Assembly: GCA_030390025.1 (NCBI GenBank)
Contig: CM059432.1
Location: forward strand, 27,902,001 to 27,966,000
DNA length: 64,000 nt
Direction of reading: 5' to 3'
Source of the DNA: Squalus acanthias
Taxonomy: Eukaryota
Shown here: in pieces, positions 50,690 through 63,013 of the stretch
Layout of the letters: each line of letters starts with the position of its first letter
How positions within the stretch are numbered: position 1 is the first letter of the stretch
Notes under the pieces: generated by a model
Databases searched by the model: none
Told to the model about the DNA's origin: nothing
What the model saw: only the letters and a program-made list of their open reading frames with translations
Program-made: the position numbers and the translations under genes

Positions 50690-51809
50690 TACACTATAAT
50701 TGGTTCTGTAATCACCCATTATCGTGTATTTCCTCTGCATATATATAGCACCTTTACCATCCCCACAAAGTACTTTCAGGTTATGAATGAGAAAAGGCCA
50801 TTCAGCCCATCGAGTTCACTCCTTCCACGGCCCATGTGCAAACTCCCCTATCATAGATTCTGCCCACACCATTAATCTCCTGAGGGAAAAAGCTACATAA
50901 ACAATCTCTGATTTGTAAAGTTATTCAGACAAAACTCCATCTTTAATATATAGCCTTTCATTCAACTATTTCCCCCTCCCCTCCTCTCCCCCTCGCAATA
51001 ATAGCAGCAGAGGAACTATTGTGTGTGTGGGGCATTTGATCACTTCAGTCCATACCTGCAACCACCTATCCTATTACTATTCAGCTGTTCATTCAGCTTC
51101 ATTTTAAAGGTGTTAATCAACTCAGCCTCAACCACTTCTCCTCATTGCCTCTCTCTGTCACGTCCTTCAAAAGCTTTCGAAAAAACTATTTTTTTCAATC
51201 GAGCTTTAATCCCCCCCCCCCGCCCCTTTCCAGCTCTGGCTTGTTGCCACTCTTCCCCTTATAAAACACTCTGAAATGCTTCTCTCCATGAGGGTGCTGT
51301 ATAGATATCAGCTGCTACTGTGCCGGGAGTCTGTTCTATATATCCACCTTCTTTGTGAGAAAAAACCCTTTTCTTCATAGGGTAAATTAATCAAATCCTG
51401 GGTTTGCAGTGGGGAACTGTTCAAAGGGACACTGCTACAGTGCTGTAGACCTATCTCTAACCCACGTTCCACGTTAACATGCCTCCCCACAGGGATCATG
51501 GATTCGCTGAATTTAACTTCTAATCTCTAACCTTACTTGAGACTTGCTTTCTTTTCAACAGTTACATGAGTGTCAGTCACTCTCTGGTGACTCACCCAAC
51601 TGGTGTTCTTCACATGGGAGCTTAGAGAGTGAGTGTTGGCTGCTATTCCAGTGTGAGTGCCTCATAGAGGAGTTTGATTCTTTCCTACCCCTACACCCAT
51701 GCACTTGCACCTGAAGACCTGGAGTGGGGTTTGATCTTACTGGGATAATGATTTCTGACCTGTGCTGAGTGAACTGATCTCAGCCAGCGCGATGGGTTAC
51801 TGAGAAGGA

Positions 51810-52270
51810 CAAAAGAAGTCCCGTTCGCCCATCACCCCTGTGCTCGCTGACCTACATTGGCTCCCAGTTAAGCAAAGCCTCGATTTCAAAATTCTCATCC
51901 TTGTTTTCAAATCCCTCCATGGCCTCGCCCCTCCCTATCTCTGTAATCTCCTCCAGCCCCACAACCCCCCGAGATATCTGCGCTCCTCTAATTCTGCCCT
52001 CTTGAGCATCCCTGATTATAATCGCTCAACCATTGGTGGCTGTGCCTTCTGTTGCCTGGGCCCTAAGCTCTGGAATTCCCTGCCTAAACCTCTCCGCCTC
52101 TCTACCTCTCTTCCTCCTTTAAGATGCTCCTTAAAACCTGCCTCTTTGACCAAGCTTTTAGTCACCTGCCCTAATATCTCCTTATGTTGCTCGGTGTCAA
52201 ATTTTTTGTCTTATAATACTCCTGTGAAGCGCCTGGGGACGTTTTACTACGTTAAAGTTGTTGTTGTTGT
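51810..52270 (+). mobile_element. L2 LINE 3' end
   Basis: LADLHWLPVKQSLDFKILILVFKSLHGLAPPYL, followed by a (ttg)n tail. Confidence 0.88.
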
Positions 52271-52519
52271 AAAGTTTTTATTCCTGATCGCTATTCAGTG
52301 AGTCCTATCAGAATGTGCATGTGTTTGGATGTCGGGTTTATGGTTTGGGCTTTCCCATCACCTTTCCTCCTGCAATTAGCTTGAACTGGCCACGTCTCTC
52401 ACAAACTGAAACCTGGGACTTCTTGCATCTCTACTTAACTATCATAACGCATGATGTATTAGCCTGTCAAATGTTGAATATATTAACATTTTAATCACTT
52501 TTCCCACCAGCAAGAGAAC

Positions 52520-52900
52520 ATAGGAACTTAGGAATTGCTAGATGAGAAAAGACCAAGATCCACCTAGTTTGCCTTCTACCATCCTGGTAGATGCATGATG
52601 ATGGAGTTGTTGACTAATCAGAGCAACCAATCGCTATCAATTAGTCTACAGCAGACCCAGACATGAGGTGAGGAAAACCCCCAGTGGTGGAGAGCTTTGG
52701 GAACCATAGGTCCAAAGTTACCTGTTCGCCCAAGCATGCTACACTTACCACAAGTCATGGCTGAAATGACTCATATACTGTGTCCCAAAATATTATTTTC
52801 TGAAAGAAATCTATCTAATTTGCATTTGAATGAATCAATACTAACTGCTTCCACTGTCTTCCTAAGGAGCCTACTCCATAGATTGACCACTCACTCACGG
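52520..52900 (-). mobile_element. CR1-type 3' fragment
   Basis: aatctatctaatttgcatttgaatgaatcaata..ctgcttccactg..ccatagattgaccactc resembles an inverted CR1 ORF2 end. Confidence 0.5.
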
Positions 52901-53039
52901 AAATAAATTTACTAATGCATGAGCAACAGCCCTGCCTGTATCAGGTTGACAAAGCACCCCAAGCCCCCTATTTGTATTTACTGAAGGAACAGTCTCCATT
53001 ACAAACATTCGTTCCTATCACTTTAGATATACGAACAAA

Positions 53040-53761
53040 GGGGGCGAAATTGGGAGCCTTTAAATGACTTTGCGACCGGGCGCGGCGCTGACATCGACTT
53101 GGCCGGAGTTTTGCGGTGGCGCTACGGCGTTGCGCCCCGATCTCCTTCGCCCCCATCTCCTTCGCCTGGAGATCGTGACGTCATCACCATGCGCGACACC
53201 CCGGTAGCGCCCCGGACCCGAAATTGACTTCCGCCCCCTGCAACAGCACCGGTCGAAAACACCGACAGCTGCAGGAGGCGTGCATCGGGCGGCCGGCCGC
53301 TTCGGGGGCGAGGATTAAAGGCGAGGTGGCCGAGGTAAGTAAAAAAAAACTTACCTTTCTTGTTCCAGTTTTTTTCCTGGGTTCCTGCCCGCGATCGATC
53401 AGCCTGCACTCTGCTTAAGTGCTGGGCTGATTGTGTGGGATCGTGGCTGCCTTGGTAGTCCAGGTAGGTCCTTTTTAAATTGCAGAGCCTGCATCGATGG
53501 CCCTTCCCTTTAAGGGCGGGAAGGAGCCTTTGAACGGGGCAGCGCTGAACGGCCCAGTGTGCAGCACTGCTGAAGTCTCCGCCCCACCTCCTGCCGATTG
53601 TGCTCCAAGAAGGAAGTGGAGTGCTTGATTTAGAGATCCACTTCCTTCTTGGAGTGCAAAACCGAATTTTTTTAAAGTTTAGAAACATTAGCACCTGGTG
53701 CTAATTTTCTCAACTTTTAAAATTTATCGCCCCAAACGGGGCTATAATGAATTTCTCCCCC
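53040..53761. mobile_element. Non-autonomous Harbinger element (722 bp) in a TG intron
   Basis: TIR gggggcgaaatt / aatttctccccc and TSD AAA. Subterminal motifs are shared with copies A and B (gatcgtgacgtcatc, cccaaacgggg). Confidence 0.85.
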
Positions 53762-54802
53762 AAAAATTCTATGTTTGTCACAGTTGGATGGGACGGGATT
53801 GGGTTCAGGTGTGATGCTCATCATAGTTGAATAGCCTGCTGACATTCACTTTCTAGGCTCACACATGAAGAGCTAATATTTTGAGCGTGGTACCAGAGAG
53901 GGAGCCTTGGCACATTGAACCATCTCGCAGCATGAATCAACGTCAAGAAAGGAGAGTAAAATCTGGGGGTGGGGGAACCTGATCCAACTGTCCTTTGCAA
54001 AAACACAGTGAACTCTCCGAAAATTTGAGAACCATCATTAATTTTCTTTTGCCGTAAAAGTTTAAATCCAGCCAACCCGGAGTGAACAAAAGGACGCTGT
54101 CTGTTCCCTAAATAGTCTAGGACTTTTGTAATCTGACATCTGTGTGAATCCTCAAAGAAAAAAATGCTTCAAAACATTTGGTGCATTTTTTCATCAGGAG
54201 GTGTGGATCTCTGAATAGAAGCAGTCTTTTCTTAGAAGAAATGATATGAGGCTCAGGAACTGTGCCTTACTTTGAGCATTTCAGCGACTTAACCGTCTGC
54301 ATAGATCTAACTTGTATCTTTATTTCAAGTTACCTTCCACTAGCCTATCAAAATGTATGAGTCCTAACATTGAAGGGCAGTAGGCTATTTGACCACATAC
54401 GGCTTCATGATTAAGCCCGAATCATCCACGATTCACTCACACATATCCACACACACAGGAGGAAGTATCCCTGGACAAGAAGTAGAGCTCTTGACAGAAC
54501 TTTTCCCTCCCTTCCCAGGGGTGATGTGCAAAATTGTAGTATCCTACTGTATCCCAGGCAATCACTAAACCCAAAGTAAACCAAGGATCTGAAGTTACGA
54601 TCTTCCTGATTTGAAAGCCTGAACTGCTCACCATCTTAACCATATCGTAGAACTGACTAGGGATAGGCTTCAGGGAAGATGTCAAAATGTACCTTTATGT
54701 GTACTTCTAGCTGAAAACAATTAGATGGAACCAGAATGAGAGCAGGTGAGGGCTGACATGTGTTTCAACACAATTTGAAACTCTGCAGGGCAACAGAATG
54801 GA

Positions 54803-54900
54803 AGGACGAAGGGTCTTCGACCTGAAACGTCAACTCTGTTTCTCTCTCCACGGATGCTGCCTGGCCTGCTGAGTTTTTCCAGCGTTTTCTGTTGTTATTT
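54803..54900 (+). mobile_element. Penelope-type terminal remnant with a degenerate hammerhead-like motif
   Basis: gacgaagggtcttcgacctgaaacgtcaactctgtttctctctccacggatgctgcctggcctgctgag. Confidence 0.55.
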
Positions 54901-55264
54901 AGAATGGAAGGACAGGAGTTTTAACCCTTGGCTTCCCTCATGGTGAGTTCCTGATCTTATCCAGGCCCTCTGAGGGAATTGGAAGAGTAGGAGGAGAAAC
55001 AAGCAATTTTTCAGATAAAGAGGAAGGACAGTGAAGGTCAGGCCAGCAAGAGTGATGCTTGGTGTCTTTGCACACCCCCTGTGGCCATTTATAGAATGGC
55101 AATGGTGCAGTGTTGGGAGCAGGCGATCAGCAGGCATTCTTGCGCAAGGGATAATTAATGTGGTGGGTGGGGGGGAAGAGACCATAAAACTTTGGAAAAT
55201 AAAGAATTACAGACAGATGAACAGGGCATTTGTCTTTTGTTGGTATATTTTTAAGGTTGCTAAG

Positions 55265-55790
55265 GATACAACACAGAAGGAGGCCATTCGGCCCATCCTG
55301 CCTGTGCCGGCTCTTTGAAAGAGCTATCCAATTAGTTCCACTTCCCTGTCCTTTTCCCTGAAAAATTTTCCCCTTCAATATTTATCCAATTTCCATTTGA
55401 AAGTTATTATTAAATCTCCTTCCACCACCCTTTCAGGCAGTGCATTCCAGGTCATAACAACTTGCTGCATAAAAAAATTTCTCATGTTGCCTTTGGTTCT
55501 TTTGCCAATAACCTTAAATCTGTGTCCTTTGGTTACCGACCCCTCCGCCACTGGAAACAGTTTCTGCTTACTTACTCTATCAGAAAACCCTTCATGATTT
55601 TGAACACCTCTATTAAATCTCCCCTTAACCTTCTTTGCTCTAAGGAGAACAACCCCAGCTTCTCTAGTCCCTCCAGGTAACTGAAGTCCCGCATCCCCCA
55701 TTCTAGTAAAACTCCTCTGCATCCTCTCTAAGGCCTTGATATCCTTCCTAGAGTGTGGTTCCCAGAATTGGACACAATACTCCAGCTGGA
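55265..55790 (-). mobile_element. CR1 LINE 3' fragment
   Basis: QLEYCVQFWEPHSRKDIKALERMQR...TKGHRFKV followed by the 3'UTR. Confidence 0.88.
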
Positions 55791-56692
55791 TTACTGGAAT
55801 ACTGCCATTAGTCTTACATCCAATACGTGGTACTTGGGGTATTGTGTAAATTTTACAACTTGACACTCACAGAACAGAGCTTCATGAGACAGATGTGCAC
55901 CTAAGGGATTGGTGATTGGAGGTCAGTGTGCCTGATTCATGGCCTGCGGTTTACCATCTATTAATTTTAATAGACAGAAAATCACGCAGGTCACAAATTA
56001 GGTGCAGTCAGTCAGCTCTTTCCCAAGTTCCTGCGATACACTCCCATGAAACTCTGCTCCACGAGTGCTAAATCATAAAATTGCCTCATTATTTCCGGTA
56101 TACAGATTTTGGAGTATAACTTTCAGTATTATGTTGCTATTAAAGAAAGGAAGAAGTTGCACCTTCATGACCTCAGGACATCCCAAAGTGCTTTCCTGCC
56201 AATGAAGTACTTTTGACGAGTAATCACTGTTGTAATGTAGGGAAATACAGCAGCCAATTTACACACAAAAAGGAATGATGTAAATGACAAGATAATCTGT
56301 TTCTTGGTTTTACATAAAAACTGAAATAAAAAGAGTTGTTTAAGTGTTCTACCAGCAAATACATTGACATTTCAGCTATGTACCTGAGCGGATCCTCTAT
56401 TTCACGGTTACATTTCATAAAATGTTCCTTTAATACTTTTGACTTTTCTTTGCTTGTATACCATTTCTAAACAGCAACTCCAGTGGTGCCAACTGTCACA
56501 CAAACTACTTCTATTAAGCAGCACTTTGGGAGTGTTATTTCCAGTATCATGTCGCTATAGCTCAGCGCTTCACTGCTATACCCATCTGAGCCATCAGGGG
56601 ACTGTGAGTATTGCTTTCAATTTATCACCAAAATACATTGTTATGTTAAACTGGTGAGTGCGATCAGGAATGAAAGCATAGATTAATTAAAT

Positions 56693-56841
56693 GGGGTAGC
56701 TCTTGACTTTGTGCGATAGTGTAAAACGGGTGATAGCGAGTTGGCAGCCTGCTGTGGAATTAAAATTGGGAGAGATGTAAAACGGGCTTCTGACTCCCGA
56801 GCACTCATTTTACACTATCGCACAAAGTCAAGATCTACCCC
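56693..56841. mobile_element. 149-bp hairpin MITE (Harbinger-like)
   Basis: ~35-bp TIR ggggtagctcttgactttgtgcgatagtgtaaaa / ttttacactatcgcacaaagtcaagatctacccc. TSD AAT. Confidence 0.85.
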
Positions 56842-56879
56842 AATCTGTGTACGTCCAAAATTAAAAAAAGAAATTAAAA

Positions 56880-57210
56880 AAGAAAGAAAGAAAGAATTGA
56901 ATTTATGTAACACCTTTCACAACCTCAGGACATCCCAAAGTGATTTACAACTGATGAAGTACTTTTTGAAGTGTAGTCACTGTTGTAATATAGGAAACAT
57001 GGCAGCCAATTTGCACACAGCAAGGTCCCACTAACAGCAATGAAATAAATGAGCAGATCATCTGTTTTGGTGTTGGTTGAGGGATAAATGTTTGCCAGGA
57101 CACCGGGAGAAACTCCCCTAATCTTCTTCGAATACTGTGGTGGGATCTTTTACGTCCACATGAGATGGCAGATGGGGCCTCCGTTTAACGTCTCATCCAA
57201 AAGGCGGAAC
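56880..57210 (-). mobile_element. DeuSINE-type SINE; a shorter piece lies at 56160-56300
   Basis: Reverse complement of the 25060-25410 type (gtttaacgtctcatccaaaag, ggcagccaatttgcacacagcaaggtccca), with a (gaaa)n tail. Confidence 0.7.
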
Positions 57211-57234
57211 TTCAGATCGCCCACTTATGCTTAC

Positions 57235-57428
57235 CTGTGGATGCCTGGAGCATCTGGACATAGTCAAACCAGAAGGAGCACTCGGCTGTCTTCAATCCTT
57301 TTTTATTTTTCAGGGCAAATGCAAATTCTTTGTAGTTACTGCCATCGGTGCTGTCTAAGAACCTGGGCCACGGTGGCAGAGTCTCACCAGCGGAGTTTCT
57401 GGAGAAGGTGAAGGGATAGTTGGGGTTG
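57235..57428 (-). CDS. TG: Thyroglobulin penultimate coding exon, 194 bp
   Basis: tttcag|CAACCCC...CCACAG|gtaagc. Completes the split Gly codon and reads NPNYPFTFSRNSAGETLPPWPRFLDSTDGSNYKEFAFALKNKKGLKTAECSFWFDYVQMLQAST, matching the TG motifs NPNYP, PWP, NYKEF and GLKxADCSFW. Not in the ORF track; translated by hand. Confidence 0.95.
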
Positions 57429-57614
57429 CTGAAACAACAAAATTGGAAAAGACGTACTTTAAGAATAGAACACAGGGATGATTTGCTGAGGTTACACTAC
57501 CCTTGGGGATCCTTGCCCACTGGCCACGCACATCAGGAAATCGAAGGTGCATCACCCCACGTGAATGAAAAATTACCCTCTATTTCCTGCATCATAACTG
57601 AAACTATACATATT

Positions 57615-57772
57615 AGGGTAAATTTATCAAACCGGCGCTCCCAATAGGGATCCGTGATCGAAGGGTGTGCATGCCTGAGAGTCGGTACTACAGTGCTGTA
57701 GCCTTATCTCCGAGCCTCAATGTCTTCAAGCATGGCTCCCTAATGGGAGCACGGGATCTTTGAATTTACCCT
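57615..57772. mobile_element. MITE in a TG intron
   Basis: agggtaaatt..gctcccaataggga / tccctaatgggagc..aatttaccct. Confidence 0.6.
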
Positions 57773-58471
57773 GTTGTGTTATAAGACATACTCATGTTGT
57801 ATTACACACGGGGAGTAAAGAGCAAGAGTTTCTCTGCAGTACAGGCTGAGGAGCTGGGGGACACAAAACTGAGGCATTACAGCATCACCACTGGTGAGAC
57901 GGTGTAATTACAGTGTGACAAGTTTACATAAGTAGTTTCCATTGAATGTTGACATTGTAATTTATAATGGAAAAAGTTGACAGGAAATGCATGCAGGCAT
58001 AAGATTTTTAAAATATTAAAGATAGTAACACTACATACAATAATAATTTGTGTTTATATAGCAAGTTTAACATAATAAACATCACAAGGCACTTCACAAG
58101 ACGGAGAAGAGATGAATGAAAGCACGATGGAAAAGATGGGTTTTGAGGAGGATTTTAGTTTATTTTAGATGGGCTGAAGTGTCTGCTAAATTAACGGAGA
58201 GAAGTTCAGATGAATGTGTTAGTGGTTAGCCGTTAATATCCTATGGGATAATTTCAGAGCCATTGAGATTTATTTCAATGCCCATTACAGAAGAATACCA
58301 CAGCTTAATTCTGCCTCTTTCTTTGCCTCTCCCTCTCTTTCCCTCTCACATTGCCTCTCCTTTTCTGTACCTTTTCTCTCTCTCTCTGTCCTTCTCTTTG
58401 TGCCCCATTCCTCTCTCCGTTAGGCTTTATTCTTTCACCGGCCATGCGATGATTCTGAAATTATTACTTAC

Positions 58472-58606
58472 CCCGATTTGACAAAGTTGGCAATGTACTG
58501 GATGATGGTGAGCGACAGGCTCCGCTCCAGCGCTGTGAACAGCTGCTCCGACTCTGGGTGGAGGGGCAGCCCGAAAATGAGTTGCACATCCGAGGAAATA
58601 CTTGCA
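58472..58606 (-). CDS. TG: Thyroglobulin antepenultimate coding exon (ChEL domain), 135 bp
   Basis: Minus strand tttcag|TGCAAG...TCGGG|gtaagt. Translates ASISSDVQLIFGLPLHPESEQLFTALERSLSLTIIQYIANFVKSG, closely resembling the TG segment DVQFALGLPFYPAYEGQFSLEEKSLSLKIMQYFSHFIRSG as recalled for human TG. Phase 2/2. Confidence 0.95.
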
Positions 58607-59299
58607 CTGAAACAGGAAAAGAACACAATCGCATGAGTACAGGCTAACAAAAAGTAGTGTTGGCACTGCACTGCCCAGCAGAGAACTGAACCAGGCAGAT
58701 CAGCTGTCTGTGGGGGTCCAGCAATTGGCCTCAGCACCTTGGGACTACAGAAGGAGGAGAAACAACTCGTGATCACTATGCAGGGGCTCCTGCTGAAATG
58801 TGTGAGTGTCTGGATGTTAGATAAGGACAAGATTGGGCCTGGTTGTCATGTACACATGGTTCAAGAGCCTGCTGACACTCACTCTTTCAGCTCATACAAT
58901 GGCCACTTGAACGAGGCACTGGAGGACTAGTCGCTCTCAAAAAAAATCACACGCAAGCAGCTGTTGCATTCCCTTCTTTAAAGAGATTCGGGCCGAATCA
59001 GCAATTCTGGTGAAAACTCCTCGTTGAACACTGTGAGGGCAGTTTATGATCATCATTTAAACATGTTCCCTGCTTAAGCAGGGAGCATAATGAAAGGGGC
59101 CCCGTGGAATTCCAAGCATTCTGCCCTTAAAGGGCTGCTTCCCAAAATTAAAGCAACCACTGAAAGGCAAGCGACTATATACATGGAGAAAAAAATGTCG
59201 GAGCTTTTTAAAGGGTGATAAAACGATTTGCACTCATTTTCAGCCAGCACGAGCAAAAAGAAATGACTCACGAGACTGAAAGGACAAACTGTGGCGTCA

Positions 59300-59480
59300 T
59301 GAAACAGAATCTGACCCCCTGTGTGATAGCTGGTGAGGTGGACAATCTGCTGCAGGAGGTGGGTACAAGAAGACTTGTCTTGTTTGGCCCTCCGCAAAGG
59401 ATAGAGGAGGCAAAGGCTACAGAATCGGCAGCACTTGGGAACATACGGCACACTTTAAGGAATCTGGCAAAGTAAGACTG
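59300..59480 (+). pseudogene. Possible highly decayed Harbinger Myb exon-1 remnant
   Basis: GEVDNLLQEVGTRRLVLFG resembles ALVGAVERRRAVLFP, and it ends at a gtaag donor-like site. Confidence 0.3.
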
Positions 59481-59796
59481 ACCAAGAGTACTGTGTACCA
59501 GGCATGTAGCACATGTCACAAAGCATAGGCTGTCAAATTGTTCCACATTTTTCATTCACCCATGCCAAGCCCTCACCCAACTTTTCTAATCTTTTGTTAA
59601 ATCTCACGCATCCCTGTACTTCAGCAGGGCAGAGTCAAGATGGAATATACAACTGAAAGCTTTGTCACACTCACATCTCCCAAAGGCTTCAGATCTTGGC
59701 ACATGGCAGCCAGCAGTGACCTACTTACTTTGAGGAAACGCACCAGTGTGGCTACCTTGGGCAAGCATGCCCATGCTATTCCGTGGGAAAGGAGTT

Positions 59797-60097
59797 CACA
59801 GAATCCCCACAGTGCAGATAGAGGCCATTTCGGCCCATCGAGCCTGCACCGACACATATCCCACCCTATCCCCGTAACCCCACGTATTTAATCCCCCTAA
59901 CACTAAGGGTCAATTTATCATAGCCAAATCAACCTAACCCGCACATCTTTGGACTGTGGGAGGAAACCGGAGCACCCGGAGGAAACCCACGCAGACACGG
60001 GGAGAATGTGCAAACTCCACACAGACAGTCACCCGAGGCCGGATTCGAACCCGGGTCCCTGGCGCTGTGAGGCAACAGTGCTAACCACTCTGCCACC
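59797..60097 (-). mobile_element. HE1-type V-SINE
   Basis: tRNA head (ggtggcagagtggttagcactgttgcctcacagcgccagggacccgggttcgaatcc), V-domain (gtgtggagtttgcacattctccccgtgtctgcgtgggtttcctccgggtgctccggtttcctcccac) and a CR1-derived tail. Confidence 0.92.
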
Positions 60098-61498
60098 GAG
60101 TTAAAAGTGCCGCCCATGCTGACCAATGCATCAGTCACCATTTTGATCCCAACGTGGACTGTACCTCATCTTACAGTGCTAGCTGACAATGGGTATAATA
60201 ATTGAGGCCAGTGGTGACACTGCCACCCACTGGTAATGCCATCCCTATGTAGCAAGTGTCCTTGCGACAGACGACAAAGCTCTGCCCTACTGACCCGTAG
60301 CAAGCTGAGGCAGTTGTCTTTGGTCGTTGGCAAGTGTGTGTGCCAAGATCTGCGGAATGGTGTGGAGCCTGCCGATCTTACTGGCATACCTTTTTGTAAC
60401 CAACTCAACCATGAAATATTGTATATGAAATGATTTGAAAACAAACTTCCTTTAAATAATTATAATTATGTTTCTGGAAAATGAGTAATAACATTTCAAA
60501 TATATGAAAAAAATATCTAATTGTACTTTACAGAAAATAAAACATACAAAGGCTAGTTAGGAACTCCCGCACCCATGAACATTCCCCTGCTCCCATTGCA
60601 AAGGGGTGCACAAGGGGCCAATCCCATAGAATTGTGCTAGCTGTTGATTTAAATCTTTTGACATCTAATCTGGGGCCTTAATGAGGCTCATGCATGAAAT
60701 GGGCACAAACACTTCAGCTCACTGAAAATAGAAGCGTGCTGAATTTCAGAACTCCCTCTCCACCTGGACTTCCAGCGCACAAGATCACTGAATCGACCTG
60801 ATAGTTTATTCACAGCTCTCATAAATGTAACCATCAGTTATCACATAGCAACCTTAATGGCACCTCCCAAAGTCTTTCTTCATCTATCAATAGACTTGGC
60901 CTCATTGAGTGAAATTGCCACACCTCCTCTATTGCTAAAGCCCCCTCCAAGAAGTTTAGTTTCTTGTTTCATACTAAACATATCTTTCCAACTCAGCAAA
61001 CCTTAATCTTCCATAAGGCCCAACTGAGTTGAAGACTTGACCTGCTACTCCCGTATCTGGAAATCCACTGCACTCCAGGACTGCATAAGTGAAAAAAAAA
61101 ATGTCTTATTTGTAATCCTTCTTTCCCCTCTAGCCCCCAGCTCCCCTCTCTATCAATCACAATCTTCGTTGTCACTCTCTATTTTGTGAAAGCTAATATG
61201 GTCTCTTCTGAACTATATTCTTTATGTTCCTCCTAAGTTCCAAATTTGCCATCCAACAACCTCACTGTGTTGAAATCAAAAAGTTAATTTTAGAGATGTG
61301 CTTCCCGTGACTTTTTGACACGTGTTGGTGGCAGGTTTGCTGCAAGTTAGTACTCGCAAATTACCCTCCCCCCGCCCCCAAGACAAATCCCAGAATTGTC
61401 TCTACTCTGAAACTCCTTACCTACTTCAGTCTTAACTTCCTCTTGCTATTATCTTCCAAATTTGGTGTCACCCAACCACTACTCCCTAAAATAGCCAG

Positions 61499-63013
61499 GG
61501 GGAAAAATTCGGTACCTTAGCGCCTCCTGTTAGCGCTAGCAGATGGTGGTAATGGGGCGCTGATGCAGTAGCAGCGGGGCAAGGCGAATCCAGTGACGCA
61601 TGGCAAATCTGGCCCCCCCCCGCGCACCGTTGTGCTGCCGCTATGAGGTACCGCCGGGGACTTCAACGCCAGGCAGATCATGACGTCAGTGAGCGTGCAA
61701 GGCTCACTGGCCGCCCGGTCTGGAAAATTTATTGTCGCCACTTACCTTAGCGCCTCGACCAGACTGCGACAGGGAGAGCTGGCGTGCAGCTCCAGGAAGT
61801 TATTTAAAGGCATCAGCATTAATCACTCCCAGCTGTTCAGGCAGGTTAGTTTTAATGGTTTGTTGTCAGTTTCACCCAGTAGAACAGTTTCTATGAGTAA
61901 TTTCAAGCATCCTATGTATCAGCAGTCTTCTGGCAACTACAAAGTAGCTACATTTATTGTTCAAAGATTCAAACTGCTACACTTGGCAACATTAACGGGG
62001 GCTGTACTGGCAGGCCACCTCGCCCTCCAGGATCTACGGCGGAGGGAGTGTAGGCAGCGAGAAATATGGGAACATGTGCGCAGAGAGATGAGGAGAACAT
62101 CAGGGCTCACACCAGGAGGCCTTACCCTCTGAGGGTCTTCCAACAGCACTTCTCCTACCTTTAATTAAGCGACGAGCAATGTAATAGATGGCTCCACATC
62201 ACCAAGGTGGTGGTCACAGAACGCTGTCACCTCCTCCAAACTGACCTCCAGCCTCACACCAGGATGACTTAAACCCCAGATCCCTTTTGCTCACCACATC
62301 CCCATCATACCATCCCTGTGTCATGACATATCACAGCGTCCTCCTGGGCGCAAAGGTGAAATGAGAGAGACCACAAAATATTGCAAACTCCATTAATAAA
62401 TTAATGCATAAACATATCACACATATCACAGTCATTCTAATAACTAATGACCCTTGTGCCTCCCATAGTTGAATAGATGTCATTGTGTGCAAGGTGTGAG
62501 ATGTAGGTGTGTGTTGGTAGGTAGACATTGTTGGTGGGTGAGTGCTGGGGTTCTGGTGCTTTGGGCAGTGTGTGAAGCTTGTGGTACAGATGGTGGTATA
62601 TAGCATTTGTTGAAGCATTCAATCACCCTGACCACCCGACTGAGGTGGATCTGCCATGAGCACACCTGCTTCAGTCCTCCGGCACCTTCTCCTTGTTGTG
62701 CTTCTCCTTAATGAGGCAGCTGCACAGAGATGCTGAGAATGAGGTGCTGCAGTATCAATGAACCTCCCCTTTAAATACTGGGAAAAGCCTGTGGCAATGA
62801 TGAGTTGCGATTAGACTGCACCCGATATTGGTCCACCCTTTAAGTGTAACGCCACTGAGCTAGGCCGTTAAGACTTGATTTAGCGCTCCAGTCATTTCTT
62901 TGAGCAGTGAGAATGAATTTTGCATGCAGTCTAAAGCATTAGCGCCTGGCGCTAATTCTCAAACTTTTCTAATGATACCGCTCATTCCTGGGCTATAATG
63001 AATTTCTGGCCCC
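61499..63013. mobile_element. Internally deleted Harbinger copy in a TG intron
   Basis: Imperfect TIR ggggaaaaattc / gaatttctggcccc flanked by CAG/CAG. Transposase N-terminal remnant (RPYPLRVFQQHFSYL..DEQC) at ~62110-62270, a Myb remnant on the minus strand at ~62620-62760, and TTAGCGCC motifs. Confidence 0.75.

Noticed and set aside
56468..56601. Alternative TG last exon (VPDGSDGYSSEALSYSD...)
   Set aside because: It has no polypyrimidine tract at the acceptor and no C-terminal Tyr. The 50088-49985 exon fits much better.
60040..60097. tRNA gene
   Set aside because: It is the tRNA-derived head of an HE1-type SINE, continuous with the V-domain and LINE tail.
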